From Arenicellales bacterium (GTDB lineage: Bacteria; Pseudomonadota; Gammaproteobacteria; Arenicellales; JAJDZL01), in NCBI GenBank assembly GCA_965232345.1, contig OZ246969.1, forward strand, positions 1,280,340-1,344,339: a DNA stretch of 64,000 nucleotides, given 5' to 3'. Positions 1 to 8,878 of the stretch are shown here, one piece after another (position 1 is the stretch's first letter; every line of letters starts with the position of its first letter). The notes beneath the pieces are model-generated. The model was not told the DNA's origin. It searched no databases and worked only from the letters and a program-made list of their open reading frames with translations. A program made the position numbers and the translations under genes.

Positions 1-1388
1 GCCGCAAGCAGGCCGAGCAACGCAAATGGAAGCCCTGCGAAATAGACCCATCGGGCCACAGACTCGGTTGCCTCTCTGGTGGCATCCAGATCCAGTCCCC
101 TGGCATTCGCGATGATTCCAATATAGGCCGCGCCTAGAGCGAATCCCAATCTGTGGACGGTTGGTATCGATGCCGACACCCGTTCGCGGTCTTCACTATC
201 GACCAGAGAAAGCAGCCGGCGAAGTATGCTCGCCCAGGCAGTGCCGAACCCAGCGCCTTCCAGAAACGTGAGAATAGCCAGCAGATACACCGGGCCTTCG
301 GTGATCGCAAATATGAATCCGATGATCCCGAAAGTCAGCAGCGAAGTGCCCAGCAGAATCGCCTTGGTGTCCTGAGAAGGCAGAATTCCAGAAACAAGAA
401 GAGCGCCAACGCTCCATCCCAGTGCCGTGAAACCGACAACATATCCGGCTTGAATGACGGAAGCCTGGTGAAGCTGGATGATGAACAGCGGCCCATAGAC
501 GGAGATTGCGATCGTCGAGAGTGCAAAGCAGAGAATCATGGTCAATCCCGCGCCGGCTCGATTGCGAAAGCTGATCGGACTTTTTGGCAGCAGGCGGTTT
601 CCCTGCCCTCTGGCATCCATTCGCAGAAACCACACCAGAACAACGATGCCTGCCAGCACGAAAATGGGCGTCTTTACAGCTGAAACATCGATTCCTGCAG
701 CCGCGATGAACAGCACGCCAACAGACAGCAGCAAAAGCCTTCGAATTGGAAAGCGACTGTCTGCCGTACCGAATTCCTGACCTGATCCTTCCGAGATATT
801 CCGTCTGATCAGGATCGTAAGAACCACTGACAGCGCTGAAAAAAACCAAAATGCGCTTTGCCATGAAAGATGCTGCACAAACAGTGCGCCGATCAAGGGT
901 CCCATGAATGCCAGGGCACCCCATATTGCGGATACGACCGCCATCGCTTTCGGCATGAGACGTTCCGGAAAGAACACACCGATTCCAATGAATGAGATGG
1001 CCACCAGCGCGCCGCCGCCGATGCCCTGGAAAAGTCGGCCGATCACGACAACCGGCATGATCGGCGCCAGCGCACAGATCACACTGCCCAAAGCGAAAAG
1101 CAGGGCCGCCAGACTCATCGGGCTGCGCATCCGATAGCGATAGACGAGCAGCCCGCTGCCGATGCCCACCGTTATGGATCCGATCTCGTACAGCGCAAAC
1201 GCCCACGGAGCCAGTGAAATGCCGCCGATATCTGCGACGATGCTCGGCACCATCGTCGACATGGCCGTCACCATGGAGGCGTGCAGCCAGATTGAGAGGC
1301 ATAGCAGCGTCAGCGATCTGCGGTGGTCCTTCTGCAGAATCTCTTTCCAGCTGGAGCCGGTGATGTTCGCTCCGATCTCAGTATTCAT
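1..1388 (-). CDS. MFS-family transporter (partial; C-terminus lies beyond the left edge)
   Basis: Absent from the ORF track because it runs off the window. Reverse frame from ATG (complement of 1386-1388) reads MNTEIGANITGSSWKEILQKDHRRSLTLLCLSIWLHASMVTAMSTMVPSIVADIGG... It shows many hydrophobic helices and an MFS-like GRLFQGIGGGALVA loop. The listed 196..1302(-) ORF is the wrong, Arg-rich frame. Confidence 0.75.
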   Translation of the reverse strand, partial: MNTEIGANITGSSWKEILQKDHRRSLTLLCLSIWLHASMVTAMSTMVPSIVADIGGISLAPWAFALYEIGSITVGIGSGLLVYRYRMRSPMSLAALLFALGSVICALAPIMPVVVIGRLFQGIGGGALVAISFIGIGVFFPERLMPKAMAVVSAIWGALAFMGPLIGALFVQHLSWQSAFWFFSALSVVLTILIRRNISEGSGQEFGTADSRFPIRRLLLLSVGVLFIAAAGIDVSAVKTPIFVLAGIVVLVWFLRMDARGQGNRLLPKSPISFRNRAGAGLTMILCFALSTIAISVYGPLFIIQLHQASVIQAGYVVGFTALGWSVGALLVSGILPSQDTKAILLGTSLLTFGIIGFIFAITEGPVYLLAILTFLEGAGFGTAWASILRRLLSLVDSEDRERVSASIPTVHRLGFALGAAYIGIIANARGLDLDATREATESVARWVYFAGLPFALLGLLA

Positions 1389-1412
1389 GCCCTCGGCCTG
1401 CAAGGAGAGTGT

Positions 1413-2288
1413 TCACTGGCGAGTGGTGGATTGTTCGGTTCTCTGACCTGCAAGCATCGCCCATTGTCCCATGACTTCAGCATAGAATTCGAACTGGTCC
1501 GCGTAAGCCTCTTCAATGCGCTCAATCTGCGACTGGAGTATGCCTGAAAGAATCAGCCAGCCGCCGGGCCGCGTCAGTCGTATCAGCCTCTCTGCAAGAT
1601 CGATCAATGCGTCGGCCTGTATGTTCGCCACCACAACGTCCGCCTGCAGTTCACTCGGCACCTGGTCCGGAAGACAGCTGGCATAAGAATGTTCAACATC
1701 ATTCAGAGCGGCGTTTTTCCGGCTGTCGACCAGCGCTTGCGGGTCAACATCAACACCCCATGCGAATGCCGCACCGAGCCGCAGCGCAGATATCGCCAGT
1801 ACTCCGCTGCCGCAGCCGTAGTCAACAACTGTGCAGCCTTCCAGACTCAAACCGGAAAGAAATCTCGCGCAGAGCAGTGTCGATTCGTGATGCCCGGTAC
1901 CGAAAGCAATGCCGGGATTGATGATGACGGCAGATTTATCGTCGCCCGCGATGTCGTGCCAAGGCGCAACAATCCTCAAGTTCTGACTGACTTCGACAGG
2001 CTCCAGGCTCTTCTGCGATTCAGCAACCCAGTCCCGATCTTCGAGCACCGTCTGGAAGATCTCAAAATTCTCATCTTCGCGGCTGAATTTCTCGAGTTCA
2101 TCCAGAACAGACGCAAGGCCAGCGAATTTCACATCGTACAGAGCCTCAACGCGGGTGCGCCCGTCATCTGAGACATCAACCGATACGGACAGAGCGCCTG
2201 AATCCTCAAGAAAATCGCTGGTCGAATTGATCTGCTCGCGGAGACAATCGACCGATATTTTGAGCCACGCAGTTCCGGCCGATGCCAC
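1413..2288 (-). CDS. prmA: Ribosomal protein L11 methyltransferase
   Basis: 291 aa. AdoMet-binding motif VVDYGCGSGVLAISA and a PrmA-type N-terminal domain. Sits in the conserved position downstream of accB-accC. Confidence 0.9.
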   Translation of the reverse strand: MASAGTAWLKISVDCLREQINSTSDFLEDSGALSVSVDVSDDGRTRVEALYDVKFAGLASVLDELEKFSREDENFEIFQTVLEDRDWVAESQKSLEPVEVSQNLRIVAPWHDIAGDDKSAVIINPGIAFGTGHHESTLLCARFLSGLSLEGCTVVDYGCGSGVLAISALRLGAAFAWGVDVDPQALVDSRKNAALNDVEHSYASCLPDQVPSELQADVVVANIQADALIDLAERLIRLTRPGGWLILSGILQSQIERIEEAYADQFEFYAEVMGQWAMLAGQRTEQSTTRQ

Positions 2289-2290
2289 GG

Positions 2291-3631
2291 TCAGCTTCCC
2301 AGTGAACGCTCCAGGTAATTGATGTCCACAACACCGCGGCGAAATTTCTTCTTCTCCAGAATCCTCTGATGCAATGCGGTTGTCGTGTCAACCCCTTCGA
2401 TGACCAGTTCCTCCAAGGCGCCCTGCATCCTGACAAGCGCCTCGTTTCGATCGCTTCCGTAAGTGACGACTTTCGCGATCAGGGAGTCGTAGTGGGTGGT
2501 GATCTCATAGTTGGAGTAGATGTGTGAATCGATTCTCACACCCGGGCCGCCGGGCGGATGGTAGCGGGTGATCACGCCGGGGGACGGCATCAGAGTTTCA
2601 GGGTGTTCCGCGTTGATCCGGCATTCGATCGAATGTCCGGTTATCCGCACTTCGTCCTGTGTGAACCGCAGCGGTTCAGACGCGGCAATCCGAATCTGCT
2701 CCTTGACAATGTCAATGCCGGTGACAAACTCAGTGACCGTGTGCTCGACCTGCACCCGGGTGTTCATCTCAATAAAGAAGAACTCATCGCCATCGTACAG
2801 AAACTCGAACGTTCCCGCGCCCAGATAGCCAATCTCCTGACAGGCCGCAACGCACTTCTCACCCAATTTGCGCCGCCGGTCGTCCGGAATTCCGAATGCC
2901 GGCGCCTCCTCAATCAGCTTCTGCCGGCGCCGCTGAATGGAGCAGTCCCGATCACCCAGATAGATCGCGCTGCCGAAACTGTCAGCCAGCACCTGGATTT
3001 CGATGTGCCGCGGAGTGCTGAGAAACTTCTCCATGTACAGCGTCGAATCTCCAAACCCGTGACTGGACTCACCCTGTGAGATGGCCAGCGCATTCTCAAG
3101 CTGTGATTCATCCTCAACCAGTCTCAGTCCCTTGCCGCCGCCGCCGGCGGCGGCCTTGATCAGGATCGGATAACCGATACTGCGGGCCTGAGTTCTGACA
3201 TCTTCAAGGTCTTCGCTCAAGGCGCCGCCTGATCCCGGCACACACTGCAGGCCGGATTTTTCCATGGTGTTGATGGCCTCAATCTTGTTTCCCATCAACC
3301 GAATGGAATCTGGTGACGGACCGATGAAGATGAACCCGCTCTGCTGCACGCGTTCTGCGAAATCCGCGTTTTCCGCCAGAAATCCGTATCCAGGGTGGAT
3401 GGCGCTGGCATTGGTGACTTCCGCGGCGGCGATCACCGCGGGGATGTTGAGGTAGCTTTGCGCAGCTGATGCGGGCCCGATGCAGACCGACTCATCGGCG
3501 AGCTTCACATACTTCGCCTCGCTGTCAATCTCCGAATGCAGCGCGACTGTGGCAATGCCGAGATCGCGGCAGGCCCGCAGCACGCGAAGAGCAATCTCGC
3601 CGCGATTGGCGATAACGACTTTTTCGATCAT
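2291..3631 (-). CDS. accC: Acetyl-CoA carboxylase, biotin carboxylase subunit
   Basis: 446 aa starting [29 protein letters not shown]-grasp motifs (GGGGKGLRLV, EMNTRVQVEH). 4-nt overlap with accB. Confidence 0.97.
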   Translation of the reverse strand: MIEKVVIANRGEIALRVLRACRDLGIATVALHSEIDSEAKYVKLADESVCIGPASAAQSYLNIPAVIAAAEVTNASAIHPGYGFLAENADFAERVQQSGFIFIGPSPDSIRLMGNKIEAINTMEKSGLQCVPGSGGALSEDLEDVRTQARSIGYPILIKAAAGGGGKGLRLVEDESQLENALAISQGESSHGFGDSTLYMEKFLSTPRHIEIQVLADSFGSAIYLGDRDCSIQRRRQKLIEEAPAFGIPDDRRRKLGEKCVAACQEIGYLGAGTFEFLYDGDEFFFIEMNTRVQVEHTVTEFVTGIDIVKEQIRIAASEPLRFTQDEVRITGHSIECRINAEHPETLMPSPGVITRYHPPGGPGVRIDSHIYSNYEITTHYDSLIAKVVTYGSDRNEALVRMQGALEELVIEGVDTTTALHQRILEKKKFRRGVVDINYLERSLGS

Positions 3632-4104
3632 TCACTCAATATGAACAGCGGTTCGCCATATTCAACCGGATCGCCGTTGTCCTTCAGAATCTTCACGACG
3701 GTGCCGCTGCGCTCTGCCTCAATCTGGTTGAAGATTTTCATCGCCTCGATCAAACACAGCGGGTGCCCCACCTCAACCGAATCGCCGACTTTCACAAATG
3801 GGTCATCCGCGGGCGAGGGCGAGGAGAAGAATGTGCCAACCATGGGCGAGAGAACCGAAATGCCGCTTTCCTCGTCACCCTCATCTTCCTCGACGATTAT
3901 TTCATCCAGAGAGGGGACACCTTCCATCGGCACCTTCACAACCTGCTGCACCGGTGCGCCGGAGACCTCCGTCAAGGTGCGTGTCAGCCGAATGGACTCC
4001 TCGCCTTCGTGAATCTCAATCTCGCTGAGATTGGAGACGTTGAAAATTTCGATGAGTTTGCGTATTTTGCGAAGATCCATGTCAATCAGCCGCCTGCTGC
4101 TCAC
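3628..4104 (-). CDS. accB: Acetyl-CoA carboxylase, biotin carboxyl carrier protein
   Basis: 158 aa with a C-terminal biotinyl domain carrying the EAMK biotinylation motif ([15 protein letters not shown]). Confidence 0.95.
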   Translation of the reverse strand: MSSRRLIDMDLRKIRKLIEIFNVSNLSEIEIHEGEESIRLTRTLTEVSGAPVQQVVKVPMEGVPSLDEIIVEEDEGDEESGISVLSPMVGTFFSSPSPADDPFVKVGDSVEVGHPLCLIEAMKIFNQIEAERSGTVVKILKDNGDPVEYGEPLFILSE

Positions 4105-4540
4105 TGAGATGGGAAATGGCGGTCTGAATGCCGAACTCGTAGCCTTGCGCGCCGAGTCCGCAGATCACACCGACTGCGATATCAGAAAAATAGGAATGAT
4201 GGCGAAAGTCCTCGCGCTTGTAGATGTTGGACAGGTGAACTTCAACGAACGGAATCGCAGCCGCGATCATGGCATCTCTCAGCGCCACGCTGGTGTGCGT
4301 GTAGGCGGCCGGGTTGATGACGATGAATGCGGTGCCATCGGCTGCCGCGGACTGCACCATTTCAACCAGTTCATGCTCGGCGTTGCTCTGCCTGGCGGTC
4401 AGCTCATGTCCCGCTTCCGATGCGATTTGAGAGGCGCGCCGGTTGATCTCGTCAAGTGTGCGCGCGCCATAGTGCTGCGGCTCTCTTGCGCCGAGCAGAT
4501 TCAGATTGGGGCCGTGCAAGAGAAGAATTTTAGCCATCAT
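4082..4540 (-). CDS. aroQ: Type II 3-dehydroquinate dehydratase
   Basis: 152 aa. [24 protein letters not shown] and the HLSNIYKRE motif are typical of AroQ. Standard aroQ-accBC arrangement. Confidence 0.95.
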   Translation of the reverse strand: MMAKILLLHGPNLNLLGAREPQHYGARTLDEINRRASQIASEAGHELTARQSNAEHELVEMVQSAAADGTAFIVINPAAYTHTSVALRDAMIAAAIPFVEVHLSNIYKREDFRHHSYFSDIAVGVICGLGAQGYEFGIQTAISHLSEQQAAD

Positions 4541-4675
4541 CGCTTCAGGTCAGAAATCACTTGTGAATTATAGCGATTTTAATGGCAGTTCGAATGATTT
4601 TAATCGCAGTTCATTGCATTTTGCGAATTATCGTTTCAAATACAGCGCTTGAAGCCTGTTGAGTCTCGGACCGCT

Positions 4676-5227
4676 CTAGTCAACCAGGCTCTGCAAGTCC
4701 TGTTCAGACAGCGGGCCGGCGCGGGTGAAGAAAAGCTCACCGGATCGGTCGTAGGCGACGGAGTAAGGCAGCACAAGCTCTGTGTTCTCCATGCTCACCA
4801 AGAGGTCAGTGACGCTGCTCTGATTGAACAGCAAGGATGGAAAGCTGATTTCATACTGCGCGAGGAACGATGCGGCGGCCTGCTCTTCATCGACGACGAT
4901 CCCAACGATCTGTATCGCATCATTGTCTGCATTGAACTGATCCAGAAGCGGCATCTCCTCGATACAGGGCGGACACCAGCTGCCCCAGAAATTAAGCAGC
5001 ACGATTTTGTCCGCCCAGTCATCGACTCTGACCGGCCCCGAGTTCAGGACTTTCCAATGATTCTCGAACTGGCGAAGCTGATCGACATGCAGGCCGGGGA
5101 CCTGCGCGTCGTCCATCCACTGGCGCCACACAATGCCAGCGGCAAGCGATGTCAGCGACACACACAGAATGGCGCCGACAAACAGCACCCGCCTTCTGGA
5201 ATTGGATTGATTCGTTTGATCCTGCAA
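4676..5227 (-). CDS. Membrane-anchored TlpA/ResA-like thioredoxin-fold thiol:disulfide oxidoreductase
   Basis: 183 aa. N-terminal hydrophobic anchor followed by a thioredoxin fold with active site WCPPC. Lies directly downstream of the DsbD-like gene. Confidence 0.85.
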   Translation of the reverse strand: MQDQTNQSNSRRRVLFVGAILCVSLTSLAAGIVWRQWMDDAQVPGLHVDQLRQFENHWKVLNSGPVRVDDWADKIVLLNFWGSWCPPCIEEMPLLDQFNADNDAIQIVGIVVDEEQAAASFLAQYEISFPSLLFNQSSVTDLLVSMENTELVLPYSVAYDRSGELFFTRAGPLSEQDLQSLVD

Positions 5228-5269
5228 TGGCAGTCACCCGATCAGGAGCACGCCAGTGACCCGCCTGGA

Positions 5270-7177
5270 TCAGGCAATCGTCGAGATGAAGGGGCTGTAC
5301 GCGGCGATCTGCGGCAGGGGCTGCAATACATCCCGATTGCCGAACATGCCGCCGATCAGACTGAGTACGCCCCATATCAGCAGCACCAGACCGATCCCCT
5401 TGCAGAAGTATCGCCAGCCTCCGGCATCCGCCGGCAGCTCTTGAGAAGCGCCAAGATAGACACCGGACACAATGAACAAGGCGCCCCAGAGAAGGAGAAC
5501 CGGCACTTCGGGCAGATTGCCCAGCAGATAGATCGCCACACCGAGCAGCAGCACGCCGAAGCCCTGTTTCAGACGATCCATCCAGGGACCCGCTTTGGGC
5601 AGGGCGATGCCGATGCCAAAACCGATTGCAATGAGTATGACGCCCATGCCCAGGGCCATTGATGTCATCATGGCCGCACCTAGAATCGGATCGGCCCTGG
5701 CAATTGCAATGCCCAACGCTGAGATCAGAAGCGGCGACACGCAGGCGCTCACAACAAGCGCTGAGAGTATCCCCAATATGAAAACCGCTCCGATCTTGCC
5801 GCCGCCGATGCTCATGCTGCGCTCCTGAATGCGCGATTCCAATGCCACAGGCATCCTGATCTCATAGAGACCGAACAGCGACAGCGACATCAGGACGAAT
5901 ACCGCGCTCATGATGCCGATCGCCCAGGCGTTCTGGAAGTAGGCATTCAGCTGATCGCCGGTCGCACCGGCAACCCCGCCGATGAATGCGTAGGCGACTA
6001 CGGTTCCAAAAACATAAATGATTGACAGCATGCCGCCTCTGATTCGGCTGTCCTGACCCTGTCCGATCACAATGGATGACAGAATTGGGATCAGCGGCAG
6101 CACGCAAGGTGTGAATGTCAGCAGCAGTCCGGTGCCGAATGCGGAGATGATCAGCCACCAGAATCCAAGGTTCTGCCAGCTTGAGGAGCCGGATGGCGGT
6201 ATGGATGATGTCTGGGCCTCGGCGGCGTTTGCAGATCCGATCAGAGCCGGAAGTGCGATATTGAAGGTCTTGGCAACCGGTGGATAGCAGATCAGATCCT
6301 TCGCGCAGCCCTGGAAGTTGACGGTCAATTCAAACTCTGAGGCGCTGGGCGTCGCTCGAACAAAAGGAATGTCAACCTGAAACGGCTCAGGATATATGAC
6401 GACATCACCGAAGTAAATATCGCTATAGGCTTGGCCGGATGGATAGACGGGATCAAGCAGTTTTCCATCGCCGGCAGCCTCAAAGATCAGTTTGTCCTGA
6501 TACAGATAGTAGCCTTTGGTAACCTCGACTGACGCCAGCAGCAGCGATTCCTCGACCTGAGAAACTTCGAATTTAAACGCCTGATCAACCTCAAGCAGGC
6601 TGTCCGCGGTGACACTGGGCAGGTCTGAGAGCAGATCCGACAAGGAGCCAAATGAATCATCCGATTGCGTCAGTGAGGATGGGGTCTCGCTCTGCGCTTC
6701 AGCGGCGGCGATGAATGCCAGCGGACTGGAAACCTCATTCTTGGTGGGCGGATAGCAGATGCCGATGGGCTCGTTGCAGCCCTGCCCCCAGACCGCCAGC
6801 GATACACCCGTGACTGAAGACTTCGCCTTGAGGGGAATCTGCACTTCAGCATACTCCTCATAAATAACAACCTCACCGAAGAACTGATCGGTCTTCGGTT
6901 TGCCTGGCGACATGACCAGGTCTCCGACCTCAACACCCTCGGTTAGCGACTCGACTGCGAACTTGTCCTGATACATGTAATAGCCGTCGGCGATCTGCCA
7001 GCGCGCGATCAGTGTGCTGTCGGCCCATTCGCTGGAGAATGCGAATGCTTCCTCGGGCGGCAGCAACTCTTCGTCGCTCTGGGCGAACGCGGCGAAGGCG
7101 CCGAAACACGCAAGCATCAATGCCAGCGTGCCGGTCATCCATCGAGCAATCAATTTCTTGGTAACTGTCTTTAGCAT
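5270..7177 (-). CDS. dsbD: DsbD-like thiol:disulfide interchange protein (two alpha domains plus membrane beta domain, no gamma domain)
   Basis: 635 aa with a signal peptide. Two tandem DsbD-alpha-like modules end in GQGCNEPIGICYPP and FQGCAKDLICYPP. The multi-TM core has FTPCVLP and SACVSPLL cysteines. The protein stops after the last TM helix. Confidence 0.85.
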   Translation of the reverse strand: MLKTVTKKLIARWMTGTLALMLACFGAFAAFAQSDEELLPPEEAFAFSSEWADSTLIARWQIADGYYMYQDKFAVESLTEGVEVGDLVMSPGKPKTDQFFGEVVIYEEYAEVQIPLKAKSSVTGVSLAVWGQGCNEPIGICYPPTKNEVSSPLAFIAAAEAQSETPSSLTQSDDSFGSLSDLLSDLPSVTADSLLEVDQAFKFEVSQVEESLLLASVEVTKGYYLYQDKLIFEAAGDGKLLDPVYPSGQAYSDIYFGDVVIYPEPFQVDIPFVRATPSASEFELTVNFQGCAKDLICYPPVAKTFNIALPALIGSANAAEAQTSSIPPSGSSSWQNLGFWWLIISAFGTGLLLTFTPCVLPLIPILSSIVIGQGQDSRIRGGMLSIIYVFGTVVAYAFIGGVAGATGDQLNAYFQNAWAIGIMSAVFVLMSLSLFGLYEIRMPVALESRIQERSMSIGGGKIGAVFILGILSALVVSACVSPLLISALGIAIARADPILGAAMMTSMALGMGVILIAIGFGIGIALPKAGPWMDRLKQGFGVLLLGVAIYLLGNLPEVPVLLLWGALFIVSGVYLGASQELPADAGGWRYFCKGIGLVLLIWGVLSLIGGMFGNRDVLQPLPQIAAYSPFISTIA

Positions 7178-7407
7178 GCTTGATGTGGATAGGGAGTCAG
7201 AGTCGAAAATCTTCCGAACCGTTGCGTTAACTTTGATTCGAAAAATTCAATCGGGTTTCATTTTATTGAAAACCTGCCGGCATGAACAGGCATATCAGTT
7301 GTGCACATCGGCACTCCGGTGCATCAATCTTTCACAGCAAGCACGCGCATCCGCTGAAACGGTTCATTTTTTTTCAATGTCGCTGAACAAAAAAATAAAA
7401 CAATATT

Positions 7408-7422
7408 GATAATGATTATCAT
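7408..7422. promoter_or_regulatory. Fur box upstream of the Fe3+ ABC importer
   Basis: GATAATGATTATCAT closely matches the Fur consensus GATAATGATAATCATTATC. It lies ~57-70 nt upstream of the fbpA-like start, in an AT-rich divergent intergenic region. Confidence 0.6.
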
Positions 7423-7478
7423 ATTCGTTATACTTATCACCACCTACAATTCAATATTGGCTTCAAGGAGCGAGTCAC

Positions 7479-8531
7479 ATGAAATTTGCAAGTCCACTGA
7501 AGTTCTTTGCCGCTCAGTTTGTTTGCGGCATCGCCCTCTTTTCAATGACCGCATTCGCCGTCGCTGCCGATGACAACGTCGTCAACATTTACTCGGCAAG
7601 GAAGGAAGCGCTGATACTGCCGCTTCTCGAGCGATTCAAGGCGGAGTCCGGCATTGGATTCAATCTGGTCACCGGCAAGGCGGATGAACTCCTGAAGCGC
7701 ATTGAGCTTGAAGGTGATGCGACACCCGCTGATGTATTCATCACCGTGGATGCTGGACGGCTTCATCGCGCCAAAACTGCCGGTGTGCTGCAGTCGATCA
7801 GCAGCGACGCCGTGTTTTCGGCAGTGCCGGAAAATCTGCGGGACCCGGATGGACTTTGGATCGGCCTCTCCATGCGAGCTCGAACCATCATGTACGCCAG
7901 CGAGCGCGTCAGTTCACAGGAGCTCAGCACATACGAACAGCTTGGCGACAACAGCTGGCACGGCCGGATTTGCATTCGCTCATCATCAAACATCTACAAC
8001 CAGTCGCTGCTCGCATCAATGATTGAATCGATGGGAGCGGAAGCAACCGAAGAGTGGGCCGCCAAAATCGTCCATCACATGGCAAGGCCGCCATCCGGCG
8101 GTGATACAGACCAGATCAAAGCCGTTGCGGCCGGGCTCTGTGATATTGCGATTGCAAACACCTACTACTACGGAAGACTGGCAGGAAGCGACGACAGTGA
8201 GAATCAGGCAATCGCCGCCAAGGTCAATGTATTCTGGCCGAATCAAGGCGAAGGCGATCGGGGCGTGCATGTCAATGTCAGCGGCGCCGGCATTACAAAG
8301 CATTCCAGAAACCATGACAATGCCGTTCGACTGATTGAGTACCTGGTGACCCCGGAATCCCAGATCTGGTATGCGCAGGTCAATCACGAATATCCGGTTG
8401 TGCCGGGCACGCCGATCTCCGAAGTTCTTGCAGCTCTTGGCAGTTTCAGAGCAGATGCCGCGAACATGTCTGTGCTGGGGGGGAACAACCGGCAGGCAGT
8501 GGAACTGATGGACAAGGCGGGTTGGAAATAA
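7479..8531 (+). CDS. fbpA: Fe(3+) ABC transporter periplasmic substrate-binding protein (FbpA/AfuA family)
   Basis: 350 aa with a signal peptide. Family pattern VNIYSARKE...FITVDAGRL...ANTYYYGRL. Followed by a 12-TM permease and an ATPase. Confidence 0.85.
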   Translation: MKFASPLKFFAAQFVCGIALFSMTAFAVAADDNVVNIYSARKEALILPLLERFKAESGIGFNLVTGKADELLKRIELEGDATPADVFITVDAGRLHRAKTAGVLQSISSDAVFSAVPENLRDPDGLWIGLSMRARTIMYASERVSSQELSTYEQLGDNSWHGRICIRSSSNIYNQSLLASMIESMGAEATEEWAAKIVHHMARPPSGGDTDQIKAVAAGLCDIAIANTYYYGRLAGSDDSENQAIAAKVNVFWPNQGEGDRGVHVNVSGAGITKHSRNHDNAVRLIEYLVTPESQIWYAQVNHEYPVVPGTPISEVLAALGSFRADAANMSVLGGNNRQAVELMDKAGWK

Positions 8532-8573
8532 CCCTCAGAAAAGATGACTTGCGGCGCAGCGGCATTCTGCAGG

Positions 8574-8616
8574 ATTCAGGCACCGGCACGCCGGGTTCAG
8601 CCGGCGCCTGAATTTT
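8574..8616 (+). terminator. Intercistronic GC-rich hairpin plus T-run (attenuator/partial terminator after fbpA)
   Basis: ATTCAGGCACCGGC...GCCGGCGCCTGAAT forms a 14-bp stem with one mismatch, followed by TTTT. It lies 43 nt after the fbpA stop, within a 347-bp gap before the permease gene. Confidence 0.45.
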
Positions 8617-8878
8617 GCGCATTCACTGCCAGATTGAAATCCAAAGGTCGACCGGACATTCAGGTCCAGACAATTTCAGTCGCCTTGAATAAGGGACTGC
8701 ACCGCTATGCGGCATCATCAAGGGCGCTCGGCAAGAGGCCATCGGAAGACAGGCGCTCATGGAATTTGCATATTGAGTCCGCCGGTATAATCTGTGAGCG
8801 ATTTGGGCTTGGCCACCATTCACAACTAGCCATTGAAATCGGCGATTCCCCATCCCTCCAAAACTGACGCATCAACCT

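Noticed and set aside
196-1302. 368-aa minus-strand ORF from the track (Arg/His-rich, MPLNLAARLHGDGHVDD...)
   Set aside because: It is out of frame with a much more convincing MFS transporter on the same strand (ATG at complement 1388, open to the window edge). Its composition is that of an off-frame read-through.
4649-5662. 337-aa plus-strand ORF
   Set aside because: It is antisense to the TlpA-like and DsbD-like genes, which both have clear catalytic motifs. It has no motifs of its own.
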